Source: a virus (taxonomy: Duplodnaviria > Caudoviricetes). From it: 59,284 nt of DNA. Below are positions 16,888 to 26,644 of the stretch, piece by piece (the stretch's first letter is position 1; every line of letters begins with the position of its first letter). A program made the position numbers and the translations under genes. The notes under the pieces are model-generated. The model was not told the origin of the DNA and ran no database searches. It saw only the letters and a list, made by a program, of their open reading frames with translations. The stretch covers positions 1-59,284 of the IMG/VR virus record IMGVR_UViG_3300037119_007415. The stretch is one strand, 5' to 3'.

Positions 16888-19251
16888 TCAGTAGCTCTTG
16901 GAAAGCGAGCGGACGTTCCACAGGTGTTCGCCCATCTCGGACCGTGGGACGGAGTACGCGAGGTAGCCGCCTGGCGGGTTGCGCATGGAGAACCCCGACG
17001 TCGTGTTTGTGTCCGACGTGCCGATCCACACGATGACCGACTCGCCCTTCACGGCGAACCAGTCGTCGATGTTCTGCAACGTCAGCGCCCGTTGGATGGC
17101 GTTGCCCGCGGGGCCGGTGAGGCCGCAGCACGCCGAGACGCCGTCATAGATGTAGCCCGTCTCCTCGACCATGAACGGCACGTTCCCGGCACGCAACGTC
17201 GCGCGTGACGCCTCGGCCGCGGCGGCATTCTGCGCGCCGTAGGTGTGGATCCCCAGCGAGACGCGGGTCTTGCCCGACTTGTACGAGTTCCACTCGGCGA
17301 CGGTCAACGGCTGCTGCGCGAAGTTGTACGTCGACACCGACAGCCACACGTTCGCCCCGTTGGTGTAACCGCGGATTGCCGAGTAGAGCCCGTCGTTCAA
17401 CGTCTTCCACGCAGCGAAGTTGGCGTCCTCGCGGTTCTCGCCGTTGGGGTTGAGCCACAAGTACGGCAACGCCGACGCTGGTGTCGCGGCGAGCAGCTGT
17501 TGAAAGAACGGGAGGATCACGGTCGAGAACGGGGCCGTCGACGCGTTGGGTGTGTTGCTCGCCGTGGGGGCTTGCGACTCCAAGCAGTAGACGAGCGTGA
17601 TGATCTTCTGCGCCGCGTTGGCGACGACGAGGTCGCGTGTCGCGTTGACGTTCGTTGTCATGCCGCCCGCACCGGAGGGGAGCACGACACAGCGGACGAT
17701 GTTCCATCCCCAGTTCTTGATGTCGTTGGTCTTGTTCGTGAACGTCTCCCGGCCGCCGCCGTCAGCCGCGGGTACCGGCATGTTGAAGATGAACGGCCCG
17801 CCGCCGAGGACGTCGACCGATCCGTTCGCCCCGAGCATCCTCGTGCGCACACCGTCGGGCGACACGAACCGGCCCGCGGCGTCGGACTCCCACCAGCCCG
17901 AGCCCGACGACGGAGGCGTCACCGTCGCCGTCGTCAACGTGGCGACCTCGGCCTCGTACGAAGCGACGAGCGTCTCGGTCCCCGCGGGCGGCGGCGTCAC
18001 CGGCCCGCCAGGATCAACGGGCGGTGACGTCGGCACGCCCGGCTGTGTCCCGATCACACCGCCAGGTGCGCGGACCTCGCTGTGCCGGATCCGCTTTCCC
18101 TTGTGAGCCATCGGTCCTCCCGGTCCGAGCGTCATCGTCCACTCGGTTTCTAGGTAGTCGCCATCGAGCACCCGCATCACGTCGTATGTGTCGTGGCGTG
18201 GGTCGATCGTCGACGTGAAAGAGATCTCCTCGTAAGCCCGGTCCTGCCGTGCCATGTTCAACGCGACGGCCTCGGCGTCCGCTTGTGATGCGAGCCCTTG
18301 GACCTCGACGTACTTCGTCAGATACCAGCCGCGCCGTGCCCGCGAGTTTGGCGCGTCCTCGGGCACGAGGTACTCGGCAAGCACCGTTGCCGGCTTCACC
18401 GATGTGTCCAACACGATGTAGCGGTTCGGTGCGTTGAGCAGGTCGTTCGACACGACGACCGAGTCGCGGATGATGCGGCCCGTCACCGGGTCGTCGTCGT
18501 ACACATACGACGGGATCACCGCTCCGAGGTCGCCAGGCGCGCGCAAGATCGGGACGCCGCCGCGGTTGAAGTACGGGTCGAAGAACTGCGCGTGCTTCAT
18601 GGCGAGTTCGGCGAGCACCTTGTAGTACGTGTTCTGCGACGAGCCCGGCCATGCGACCGGTGCGGCAAACGACGCTGACGTGTTCTCGATCTGCGCGTGA
18701 GGGAACCCGGCCCATACACAGACTTGGAACATGGCGTCGTACACCGATGATCCCGACTCGAACGAGATCCCTTCGGCGATGGGCTGGCCCCAGATCAAGC
18801 CCTGATCGTGGAGCGTGCCTTCGTGGTCGTTGCCGCGTGCGTGTCGCAGCGTCGACGCGTCGGCCCATAGGAACACGCCGAGGGGCTCGGGCGTCGACCC
18901 GTCGCCTGGCACGTACATCGGACGGATCCGCATCGACACGGGGTCGATGTCGGCGGCCTCGGTCTGCGTCAGATGGAAGTTCGACATGCGTCGCTTCACC
19001 GCACCGGGCGGACGGTTCGTGATCTGCACACGATCGGATCGTGTCGGGTGGACCTCGCCGATGAGCCCGAGCCCCGAGTCGAGGACGTCGAATCGGAACG
19101 TGTGCGAGAGCGAGAACGTGAGCGGGAAGTACGACGTCCGCGGTGCGCCGACAGGGATCTCCGGTGTCGACGACGGAGGCGGCGTCGTGAACTCGTCCCA
19201 GTCGACACCGACGGTGTCCCATGAAGGGTTCGTTGCATCCCAGTCCGGCAT
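16888..19251 (-). CDS. Minor tail (hub-type) protein with C-terminal GH5-like glycoside hydrolase domain
   Basis: N-terminal actinophage minor-tail pattern (PLGVF, YFNRGG); Pro-rich linker; C-terminal WGWNIVR, GIHTYG and PFMVEETGY. Confidence 0.7.
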   Translation of the reverse strand: MPDWDATNPSWDTVGVDWDEFTTPPPSSTPEIPVGAPRTSYFPLTFSLSHTFRFDVLDSGLGLIGEVHPTRSDRVQITNRPPGAVKRRMSNFHLTQTEAADIDPVSMRIRPMYVPGDGSTPEPLGVFLWADASTLRHARGNDHEGTLHDQGLIWGQPIAEGISFESGSSVYDAMFQVCVWAGFPHAQIENTSASFAAPVAWPGSSQNTYYKVLAELAMKHAQFFDPYFNRGGVPILRAPGDLGAVIPSYVYDDDPVTGRIIRDSVVVSNDLLNAPNRYIVLDTSVKPATVLAEYLVPEDAPNSRARRGWYLTKYVEVQGLASQADAEAVALNMARQDRAYEEISFTSTIDPRHDTYDVMRVLDGDYLETEWTMTLGPGGPMAHKGKRIRHSEVRAPGGVIGTQPGVPTSPPVDPGGPVTPPPAGTETLVASYEAEVATLTTATVTPPSSGSGWWESDAAGRFVSPDGVRTRMLGANGSVDVLGGGPFIFNMPVPAADGGGRETFTNKTNDIKNWGWNIVRCVVLPSGAGGMTTNVNATRDLVVANAAQKIITLVYCLESQAPTASNTPNASTAPFSTVILPFFQQLLAATPASALPYLWLNPNGENREDANFAAWKTLNDGLYSAIRGYTNGANVWLSVSTYNFAQQPLTVAEWNSYKSGKTRVSLGIHTYGAQNAAAAEASRATLRAGNVPFMVEETGYIYDGVSACCGLTGPAGNAIQRALTLQNIDDWFAVKGESVIVWIGTSDTNTTSGFSMRNPPGGYLAYSVPRSEMGEHLWNVRSLSKSY

Positions 19252-19970
19252 CAGTAGGCCACCACGAAGTTGTCCCAGTCATGGTCGTGCGTCGCTGCTG
19301 CGTTGCCGCCTTGGCTGATGATGGCAATCTGTCCGGTCGTGTACGTCGACGATGTCGTGTCGAGCAGGTTCCATGTGCCGGGCTCGGCCGCGCCGTCGAG
19401 CCAGTAGCGGACCTTGAACGTGGTGCCGCGACAGTCGATCTTCACGTGCAAGATCGTGGCACCAGTGATTGACAGGCCGCCGATCCCGCCGAGCGACGTC
19501 TGCGTGAACCCGGCACGCGTGCCCGCCGAGAGGTACACGTTGCCGCCTGCGTCGATGCCGTACTCGAAGTAGTCGTCGTTGCCCGACGAGTCGGCCCGCC
19601 AGATCAGCCGGGCGAACTGTTCGCCCGTCGTCGCGTTGAGTTCGATGTCCGCGGAGATCGTGAAGTTCTGTGACGCCGGGGTGAACCCGTAGATCACTTG
19701 GTCGCCGTAGCCGCCGATCGTCCCGAGGTGATAGCGAAGCTGGTTCGACTGGATCGTCCCGGTCGATCCCGACGTGGTGAAGATGTTGGTCAACGGCGAC
19801 GGCGGAGCGGCGCCGTTGGTGCCCGTGAAGTTCAGCGAGATCCCGTTCGTCGTGACGAGCGTGCCCTTCGCCGACGTCGACAACGCAGCCTTCCCGGCGA
19901 GGGCTTGTGTCCCACCGGACGTGGCCTGCTTGCGCGCGACGGTCGCAGCGACAGCGATGGCCGTGCTCAT
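19251..19970 (-). CDS. Putative tail fibre / lectin-fold (concanavalin-like) protein
   Basis: Beta-rich (KVRYWLDGAAEPGTW, WDNF); N-terminus carries one copy of the ALAGK...TSAKG repeat. Confidence 0.6.
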   Translation of the reverse strand: MSTAIAVAATVARKQATSGGTQALAGKAALSTSAKGTLVTTNGISLNFTGTNGAAPPSPLTNIFTTSGSTGTIQSNQLRYHLGTIGGYGDQVIYGFTPASQNFTISADIELNATTGEQFARLIWRADSSGNDDYFEYGIDAGGNVYLSAGTRAGFTQTSLGGIGGLSITGATILHVKIDCRGTTFKVRYWLDGAAEPGTWNLLDTTSSTYTTGQIAIISQGGNAAATHDHDWDNFVVAY

Positions 19971-20428
19971 GCGAGGTCGCCCCACGCCCACCATTCGTCG
20001 GTGCCCCGTTTCTTCAACGTGGCGACGCTGTATTGCGCACGCAACGCGAGGAGGGAACCGGCCGAGCGGATCGTGACACCTGCGCCGGCAACGAGCGTTG
20101 CCGTCCCGGTGCCGTAGCGGCCGACGACGAGGATCGAGTTGACCGGGAACCCGACCGTCGCGTTGGGTGGGACGGTGAATGTCGTGGCCGAAGCGGAGGA
20201 CATCTCGGTCATCGTGTTGACGTCGCCGAGAGCGGCGACGTAGCTCGCTGTCTTCGTCGACGTGCCCAACACTTCGAGGGCGGCGAGGCGTCCGCCGGGG
20301 TCGTTCCCTAGCTCGGTGACGATCGACAGGAAGGCGTCACGCATCGCCACGTACCACGTCCGCAACGTCTCGGGGCTGAGGCTGTTCGGATCCGATGGGA
20401 AGGCGTTTTGCTCGGCCGGGTACGCCAT
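19967..20428 (-). CDS. Minor tail / tail-fibre-associated protein
   Basis: TVPPNATVGFPV...GAGVTIRS...LRAQYSVATL.K...DEW...GDL, a common phage fibre module. Confidence 0.7.
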   Translation of the reverse strand: MAYPAEQNAFPSDPNSLSPETLRTWYVAMRDAFLSIVTELGNDPGGRLAALEVLGTSTKTASYVAALGDVNTMTEMSSASATTFTVPPNATVGFPVNSILVVGRYGTGTATLVAGAGVTIRSAGSLLALRAQYSVATLKKRGTDEWWAWGDLA

Positions 20429-20429
20429 G

Positions 20430-22880
20430 TCACGACTCCACGACTGCTGGGATGAACGACGTCTCGACGACGTGCAACGTCGCCAGGTACAGATGTGCTT
20501 GCCGGTTCCGCGACGCGGGCTGCGGCAACGAAACGTGCCCGTAGATCCGGTCGCCTTCGTCGTCGAGCACCGCGACATAGGGCGTCGTGTAGTCCTCGAC
20601 GATGCCGCGCAACGGAATGAACGCGCGTCGGCCGGTGCCCGATGGATGCTCGGCCGTGGGGTTGCCCCAGATCAGCACCGGCACGTCGGTGATGACGCCA
20701 CGCTTCTCTGTCTCGCGCACGATCACCGCGAGGTCCCGGTTGTAGAGCTCGCGCAGCTGCGCGCCGTTCGACGTCGGGAACGTCCACGCATTCTGTGGCG
20801 TCAACTTCTCGACGACGACGGTGCGTTGCAGCGCATTCGACGAGAGACGCAACGCGCCGACGGCCTGCACCGGGACGACGGCTGTGGCGAGTGCGTACGC
20901 GGATCGGCCGCCGTCGTTGCGCAACACCCGCACCCGATATTGGACCGACGTGTTGCCCGCCATCTCACGATCGGACCACGACACCGTCGACTCGGCGGCG
21001 ACGCGGCGCACGACACGCCACACGCCGTCGTCGTTCCGCTCGACCTCGTACGACTGGAACAGTCCGGCGAGGGTCGTCGACGACCAGGCGACGTCCACGC
21101 GGGGTGCCGTCCCGACGTTGCACGTGAGCCCGGCCGGGGCCGTGATCGTCTCGGGGTTGTTCGTCGCCGAGATCGTGCCGGGCGGGGCTGGCCTGTCGAG
21201 CACGATGGCTGCGAGATCCCCGGAGCCGCTCCCTGCTGTCGTACCCGTGCCAGGCGAGGACACGTCGCCCGTGACGCCGGTGGGAGCGTCGTGACGCAGC
21301 GAGAGGACGTACCACGGGGCCGTCGCCGCTGTCGTCGACAGGAACTCCAAGTAGTACGTGGTGCCCGCGGCGAGCGTGCCGGGCGTCGCCAGTTGAATGA
21401 TGACCTCGGCCATGCGCATGTTCGACACGACCGAGTTGGCCCATGTCGTCTGAGGCAGGTCGATGTACTCGGCGAACGTGATCTGACCGGGTGCGCCCAT
21501 CACCGTCGAGTCCGAGACGCGCAACAGCCGGGCTTGCAACGGCTGCGTCGGTTCCGCACCGGGCTGGTAGCCGACGATGGCACGCACCGTCGCGTACGTG
21601 CGGGCGTCGTCGGGCACCACCGTTTGCCGTGCGACGAACCCGGTGGTCGTCTGCACCGGGACGAAGTCGATGTCTTGGTACGGCTGCGAATCGACCGACG
21701 CGGCGTTGTCGGTGCGCACGAGCCAGATCGGCGACGCCAGCCCGGAGCCGTACACGAGCGACCGGAGCCTCCCGTCGGTCGTCATCGTCGCCGCGTAGAC
21801 CTGGCCGTCGACGTTCGGGTTCCCGCTCGCCGATCGGATCCACCGCACCGCGGGCGTGCCGATCGTGACCTGCTGGCCGGACACGTCGAAGTAGCCCATT
21901 CGTCGCAGCGTGATCACGTACGCGGTGCCGGTCGTCTTCGACCAGTTCGAGCCCGGCGTGTCGTTCGACTGCAACGACACGACGACGTCGGTGCGTTGCT
22001 CCTCGTTCGCCCACTCGACGCCCGTGGTCTTGAACCGTTCCGGCGTGCCGTAGCCCCACGCCACGCGACGCTCGGGGACCGACACGACACGCATGGTCAC
22101 GCCCGACAACATGAAGCCGGTGGGTGTGATGGCGAGACGCATTTCGTAGGTCGTGTCCCACGCCTGCACGTCGGTGATCGTCCACGGCAGCTGTGTCTCG
22201 GGGTTGAGGTAGAACGGCCCGACCGTTGTCGTCGGCCATCCCGTTGTCTCGTCGGTCGACGGGAACGTGACGTTCGCCAGCGTCCCGATACGAGTGCCGG
22301 TCTTCCACATTTCGAGGCGTGAGATCTGCGGCGGTGTCGAACCGGCACGCTTGCCCCTGATGTCGAAGTAGACGCCGAGCACGCGTCGACCCGTCGGCAT
22401 CGCACCCGCGGTGAAGCGCAAGCCGAGAGCCTTTCCCGCGGCCGACGACTCGGGGTTCGACGACGGATCGGTCACGGTCATGATCAACCAGTCGATGTCC
22501 GACGCGTCATCGACGAACGTGTGGCTGTTCGTCGTGCCTCCCGTGTACGTCGCCCCGTTGTCGGTCGTGCCGCGCCACATCGGCGCCGTCGAGATCAGCG
22601 TGGTGTTGTACGTCGTCTCGTTCGGGACGAACGTGTTGGTCACCTCGACGTCGTCGCCGCCGAAGGCGTTGGCCGGATACACGTCGGCCCACAGTCGACG
22701 CGATGCGTTGGTCGGCCCCGACCAGAAGTGCCCGACGCGCAGATGGTCGATCGTCTCGGTCGCATTCGAGTCGATCCGCAACGTGACCTGATCACCGTCG
22801 CCGTACAACGGCGACTGACCGACGCCGTTCGGGTACCACTCCAAGCCCAGCGCACGCGGGCGGTTCGGGTTGAACGTCAC
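20430..22880 (-). CDS. Minor tail protein with FN3-like segment
   Basis: First gene after the tape measure; GTG 22880 overlaps its stop; VAWS...YEVER...YRVRV FN3-like pattern. Confidence 0.75.
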   Translation of the reverse strand: MTFNPNRPRALGLEWYPNGVGQSPLYGDGDQVTLRIDSNATETIDHLRVGHFWSGPTNASRRLWADVYPANAFGGDDVEVTNTFVPNETTYNTTLISTAPMWRGTTDNGATYTGGTTNSHTFVDDASDIDWLIMTVTDPSSNPESSAAGKALGLRFTAGAMPTGRRVLGVYFDIRGKRAGSTPPQISRLEMWKTGTRIGTLANVTFPSTDETTGWPTTTVGPFYLNPETQLPWTITDVQAWDTTYEMRLAITPTGFMLSGVTMRVVSVPERRVAWGYGTPERFKTTGVEWANEEQRTDVVVSLQSNDTPGSNWSKTTGTAYVITLRRMGYFDVSGQQVTIGTPAVRWIRSASGNPNVDGQVYAATMTTDGRLRSLVYGSGLASPIWLVRTDNAASVDSQPYQDIDFVPVQTTTGFVARQTVVPDDARTYATVRAIVGYQPGAEPTQPLQARLLRVSDSTVMGAPGQITFAEYIDLPQTTWANSVVSNMRMAEVIIQLATPGTLAAGTTYYLEFLSTTAATAPWYVLSLRHDAPTGVTGDVSSPGTGTTAGSGSGDLAAIVLDRPAPPGTISATNNPETITAPAGLTCNVGTAPRVDVAWSSTTLAGLFQSYEVERNDDGVWRVVRRVAAESTVSWSDREMAGNTSVQYRVRVLRNDGGRSAYALATAVVPVQAVGALRLSSNALQRTVVVEKLTPQNAWTFPTSNGAQLRELYNRDLAVIVRETEKRGVITDVPVLIWGNPTAEHPSGTGRRAFIPLRGIVEDYTTPYVAVLDDEGDRIYGHVSLPQPASRNRQAHLYLATLHVVETSFIPAVVES

Positions 22881-24811
22881 CGTGCGGCACCTCCGAAGCT
22901 GATGGCCGCGCGGACGTCGGGCACGTAATGCCGGAAGGCCAACGCCAGCGACTGAGCGAACTGATCGGCGGTGTCGTCGACGTTGTCCGACGTCAGGTTC
23001 TCGATGACGACCTGCCCGATCGTCACCGACGGACCTCCTCCACCGGACACAGCCGCGGCGAGCATGTTCGTGAATGCCGACCACTGCGCGTCGTTGAAGA
23101 TCCTCTCGCCGCCGTGCAGCATGGCGAGCCGTGCTTCGTTGTCCGGCCAGTCCGTGAACCCACCCGAAGCGAAGTGTGGGATCTGCTTGATGTCGGGCGG
23201 ATCGACATGCACGTCCGGCAGGAACCCAGGACCCTTCACCGTGAACTCGAGCAGGTCGTTGATCTTGTCGATGATGTGGGTGTTGACGACGTCGATCAAC
23301 GCGTTGCCGACGGCCGATGCGAAGTCGCCTGCCTCGCCGACCATCTTCCCGAGGCCGGACAGGAACCCGTCGACGATTGCGCCGCCGACGTTCGCGGCGG
23401 CGATGGCCAGGTCGAAGATGATGCCGGTCAACAGGCCTGGCAGCCCGGCGATGGCCGAGCCGATGTCGCCGATGGCCCCGGTGACCGTGTCGACGATCGA
23501 ACCCCAGATGTCAGCGGCGGCGTCTTTGATGGCACCCCACGCTGCCGCCATGATCAGACCCAGCGCACGCAGCACGAGGTCGATCGTGTTCTTGATCTCG
23601 TTGATGGCGAACGTGATCAGCGCGCCGATCTCTTTCCAGATCCCGTCGATGATCTGCTTGATGCCTTCCCACGCCAGACCCCAGTCGCCGTGGATCAACG
23701 CGGTGACCACCTTGATCACGCCCTGTATGACCTCCATGGCATTCTTGATCGTCGCCGCGATGAACTCGAACGTGAACTGCACACGCTCCAAGATCAGGTC
23801 ACCGAAGTTCTCCCATATGAAAGTGATCACGGTCACGGCCGCTTCGATGATGGCGGTGATGTCCGCCAGGACCATCTCGACGGTGCCCGAGATCTCCTCC
23901 CAGTGCGCACGTGTCCACGTCACGAGATCACCGATGAGTGCCGCGATGATGCCGACGGCCTGCTGCACGACCGGCACGACGTTCTGTTGAATCCAAGCGA
24001 TGGCTTCCTGTATCGCCGGGACGGCCACCGCCATGAACTTCTCGACGGCCGGGATCCCGACGTCGACCATCCACGTCGAGAACTTCTCGAACACCGGGAT
24101 CAGCTTCGCGCCGAGGTCTTCTTGAAGGTTGCCGAAGGCGATGGACATGCGCTTGCCCGCGGTGGCCTGCGCCTCGGCCGAACCGCCGAACTCTTTGGAG
24201 AGCTCCGCCAGGATCACTTTCTGCGCGCCGACGGTGTCGCCGGCTTCCTGCATCGTCTTGATCTGATCCTTCTGTTGGTCGGTGAACGTGACGCCGACAC
24301 GGGTCAACGCGGCGATGCCCTGCGTCGGGTCGTTCAGGGCCTTGCCGAGTTGGATGGCGCCGCCCTTCACGTCAGTTCCCATTGCCGCAGCCATGTCGAT
24401 CATCGTCTGAGACGACTGCGTGAAGATGTCGTTGCCCTCGCCGACCTCGTTCTTCACGTTGGTGAACGTGAGCAGCAAGTTCTGGCCCTGCTGGATGGCC
24501 TCGTCGTCGACGGCATTCTTCTTCGAGAGGGCTTCGGACATGTCGCCGATCTGCGCGGCCGTGAGCTTCGCCGCGCCACCCGTCGACTTCACCACGGCCT
24601 CGGTCTGCGCCGCTATCTGCGCGGACTCCTGCGCGGCTTCGAGTGCTCCCTTGCCGATCGAGATGGCACCGGCTGCGAGGCCGAGTCCGGCGAGCGACGC
24701 GCCGATCTTCCCGAAGGCTTTGCCGAGCGGTGCGGAGGCGTCTTTCGCGAACTTGTCGGGGTCGACCTTCGGGACTACCTCTAGCTCGGCCTCGCCGACC
24801 GTCGTCGCCAT
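22877..24811 (-). CDS. Tape measure protein (~644 aa)
   Basis: MATTVGEAELEV; AIQLGKALNDP..G..ALTRVGVTF; periodic W/F amphipathic repeats; C-terminal FASGG...LH.GE. Confidence 0.93.
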   Translation of the reverse strand: MATTVGEAELEVVPKVDPDKFAKDASAPLGKAFGKIGASLAGLGLAAGAISIGKGALEAAQESAQIAAQTEAVVKSTGGAAKLTAAQIGDMSEALSKKNAVDDEAIQQGQNLLLTFTNVKNEVGEGNDIFTQSSQTMIDMAAAMGTDVKGGAIQLGKALNDPTQGIAALTRVGVTFTDQQKDQIKTMQEAGDTVGAQKVILAELSKEFGGSAEAQATAGKRMSIAFGNLQEDLGAKLIPVFEKFSTWMVDVGIPAVEKFMAVAVPAIQEAIAWIQQNVVPVVQQAVGIIAALIGDLVTWTRAHWEEISGTVEMVLADITAIIEAAVTVITFIWENFGDLILERVQFTFEFIAATIKNAMEVIQGVIKVVTALIHGDWGLAWEGIKQIIDGIWKEIGALITFAINEIKNTIDLVLRALGLIMAAAWGAIKDAAADIWGSIVDTVTGAIGDIGSAIAGLPGLLTGIIFDLAIAAANVGGAIVDGFLSGLGKMVGEAGDFASAVGNALIDVVNTHIIDKINDLLEFTVKGPGFLPDVHVDPPDIKQIPHFASGGFTDWPDNEARLAMLHGGERIFNDAQWSAFTNMLAAAVSGGGGPSVTIGQVVIENLTSDNVDDTADQFAQSLALAFRHYVPDVRAAISFGGAAR

Positions 24812-24822
24812 GGTGCCCCACG

Positions 24823-25143
24823 CTACGTGATGACGACCATGCCCCCGGTAACTCGACGCGCGACGCCGTCGGGATCGTCGTCGAGTCCCCACGTCAGCCG
24901 GTCAGGATTGCGGCGCGTGCCCCACTTGAACAGATCCTCGATCCACGTCACCACGTCTTGCCGGGAGGCCAGACCGGTCGCGTGGTAGTCGAGGAGATAC
25001 GACCAGAGGACGTTCAGCGCACGGGGACCGGGCTCGTCGGCGATGAGCCGCTCGATGTCGAATCCCTCACGTCGGGCCGCTCCGTCGACCCAGGCTGCAT
25101 GGAGCCCGGACCAGGCACATATGGGAGCGACCCGCCAGTAGGG
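24823..25143 (-). CDS. Frameshift extension of the tail assembly chaperone (-1 frame)
   Basis: Open frame PYWRVAPICAWSGLHAAWVDG...RALNVLWSYL...WGLDDD...* entered by CCT->CCC slippage at 25143-25140; it fills the gap up to the tape measure gene. Confidence 0.7.
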   Translation of the reverse strand, partial: PYWRVAPICAWSGLHAAWVDGAARREGFDIERLIADEPGPRALNVLWSYLLDYHATGLASRQDVVTWIEDLFKWGTRRNPDRLTWGLDDDPDGVARRVTGGMVVIT

Positions 25144-25604
25144 TGCCCCGTGATCTCGATCATCACGTGTTGCACGATGGCCCCGAGGTCTTGAATGTTG
25201 ATCAGGTAACGGTCGCCTTGGATCACATCGACGAACCGGGCTTTGTCGTCGACACGCAACCAGCCCGGCAGATCGGGCGGCTCGGGCTCGTCGGGATCCG
25301 CGGCGTGCGCGACACGCATCGCTTCGACGGCGGCGTCTCGTTCGTCGTCGTCGAGGTGTGTCGACCAGACCTCGGCCATGAGCATTTCTTCCATCACGTG
25401 GGTGAGGATCGTCGGGTCGACGACCCGATCTCCTCGCCGGTTGAGCGTCACGGTGTTCGCCATCAACGCGATGAGGTCGAGCCGGGGCTGAGGATGGAAC
25501 CGGAAGGTGCCGACGTGGGTGCCCTTTACATCTTGTAAGAGCACCGGGATCGGTTCGATGTCGCCATCGGTGGAGACCGTGACGACGAGTGGGCGGCGTG
25601 GCAT
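25014..25604 (-). CDS. Tail assembly chaperone
   Basis: Position before the tape measure; ends with GHPT and a Ser-rich tail. Confidence 0.75.
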   Translation of the reverse strand: MPRRPLVVTVSTDGDIEPIPVLLQDVKGTHVGTFRFHPQPRLDLIALMANTVTLNRRGDRVVDPTILTHVMEEMLMAEVWSTHLDDDERDAAVEAMRVAHAADPDEPEPPDLPGWLRVDDKARFVDVIQGDRYLINIQDLGAIVQHVMIEITGHPTGGSLPYVPGPGSMQPGSTERPDVRDSTSSGSSPTSPVPVR

Positions 25605-25614
25605 GGCCGAGACG

Positions 25615-26142
25615 TTAGTGCCCGTCGTCGCCGTGGACGTTCGACGCTCCTAGCTGCTGCGTCATCGTGTCGTGTATCGCCCGGACGAGGAAACGGTTTG
25701 GGAGGTTGCCGGGATGGTCGATCGGCCCGTGTGTGTAGACGATGTTCTGTGACCCAGCCGGGAGAGCGAACACGTAGAAGCCCGGCGACTTCGGCGGCAT
25801 CACGTGAGGCTCGGTGCCCTCGTGAACGTAAGCGGCATACGGGACGCCGACGGTGATGAAGCCATGCAGCCCGTCGTGTTGCGTGTCGAAGCGCGTGACG
25901 ATGTGATCACGGAGGTTGCCGGGACGGTTCCGGCCGAACGGGTCCTGCTCGGCGACGGGCGCGTCGGCGATGGCACGATCGGCGGCCTGGCGGGTGAGCT
26001 TGATGATGAACTTCGCCACCGGGCCGTCGTCGCCACGGAGGAGGTCGGACATCTTGCGCGGGTCGAACTTGATGTCGACGTCGCCGACACCGAACCCGTC
26101 GCCGGGCTTCCCGCTGTTGACCTGATGCGTGAAGCTAGGCAA
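25615..26142 (-). CDS. HK97 gp10-like tail completion / neck protein
   Basis: AP.....GNLR..I; YAAYVHEGTEPH; HPG..PNRFL.RA. Confidence 0.8.
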   Translation of the reverse strand: MPSFTHQVNSGKPGDGFGVGDVDIKFDPRKMSDLLRGDDGPVAKFIIKLTRQAADRAIADAPVAEQDPFGRNRPGNLRDHIVTRFDTQHDGLHGFITVGVPYAAYVHEGTEPHVMPPKSPGFYVFALPAGSQNIVYTHGPIDHPGNLPNRFLVRAIHDTMTQQLGASNVHGDDGH

Positions 26143-26635
26143 GCGACACCGTCACTTCCTGCACGAAGCCGGTGACGTCCGACGACGGGATGGCGTCGAT
26201 CCGTCCGAGTGCGAGGACACAGCCCGGCCCGAAGGCCTCGTCGTTCACGTGGGCACGGATCAACGCGTTGCGCACGATGGTGACGTCATCGGTGACCCGT
26301 TCGGCGGTGGCTTCCAACGCCTTCGGCTTCGGGAGCGTGAACGTCATGGCCGACTGCTGGATCGTCGGCGCGCACCGGAGGATCCCGACTTGATACGTCG
26401 CCGCGCGCACAGCGAAGACCTGCACACGTTGCGAGCCCGTGGTCGTGGCGACGTTGCCGGTCATCCCGGCCTCGCCGGTCCACGTGACCCACATCATGTC
26501 GTCCTTGTCGTACGCGACGGAACCGGCATACACGAACCGTCGCTCGGGCAGGTGGGGCTTCTGGTCGGGATCGGCCAGGTACCCGGCGGTGACGACGTCG
26601 AGGATCTTCGTCGCTAGCTCGAAGGTTCGGTTCAC
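26135..26635 (-). CDS. Putative tail terminator / head-tail connector
   Basis: VGILRCAP motif, size and synteny. Confidence 0.6.
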   Translation of the reverse strand: MNRTFELATKILDVVTAGYLADPDQKPHLPERRFVYAGSVAYDKDDMMWVTWTGEAGMTGNVATTTGSQRVQVFAVRAATYQVGILRCAPTIQQSAMTFTLPKPKALEATAERVTDDVTIVRNALIRAHVNDEAFGPGCVLALGRIDAIPSSDVTGFVQEVTVSLA

Positions 26636-26644
26636 GCCGCCAGG

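Noticed and set aside
20262-24784. Long + strand ORFs (686 aa, 618 aa, 339 aa)
   Set aside because: Antisense shadows of the minor tail and tape measure genes, with no motifs or RBS.
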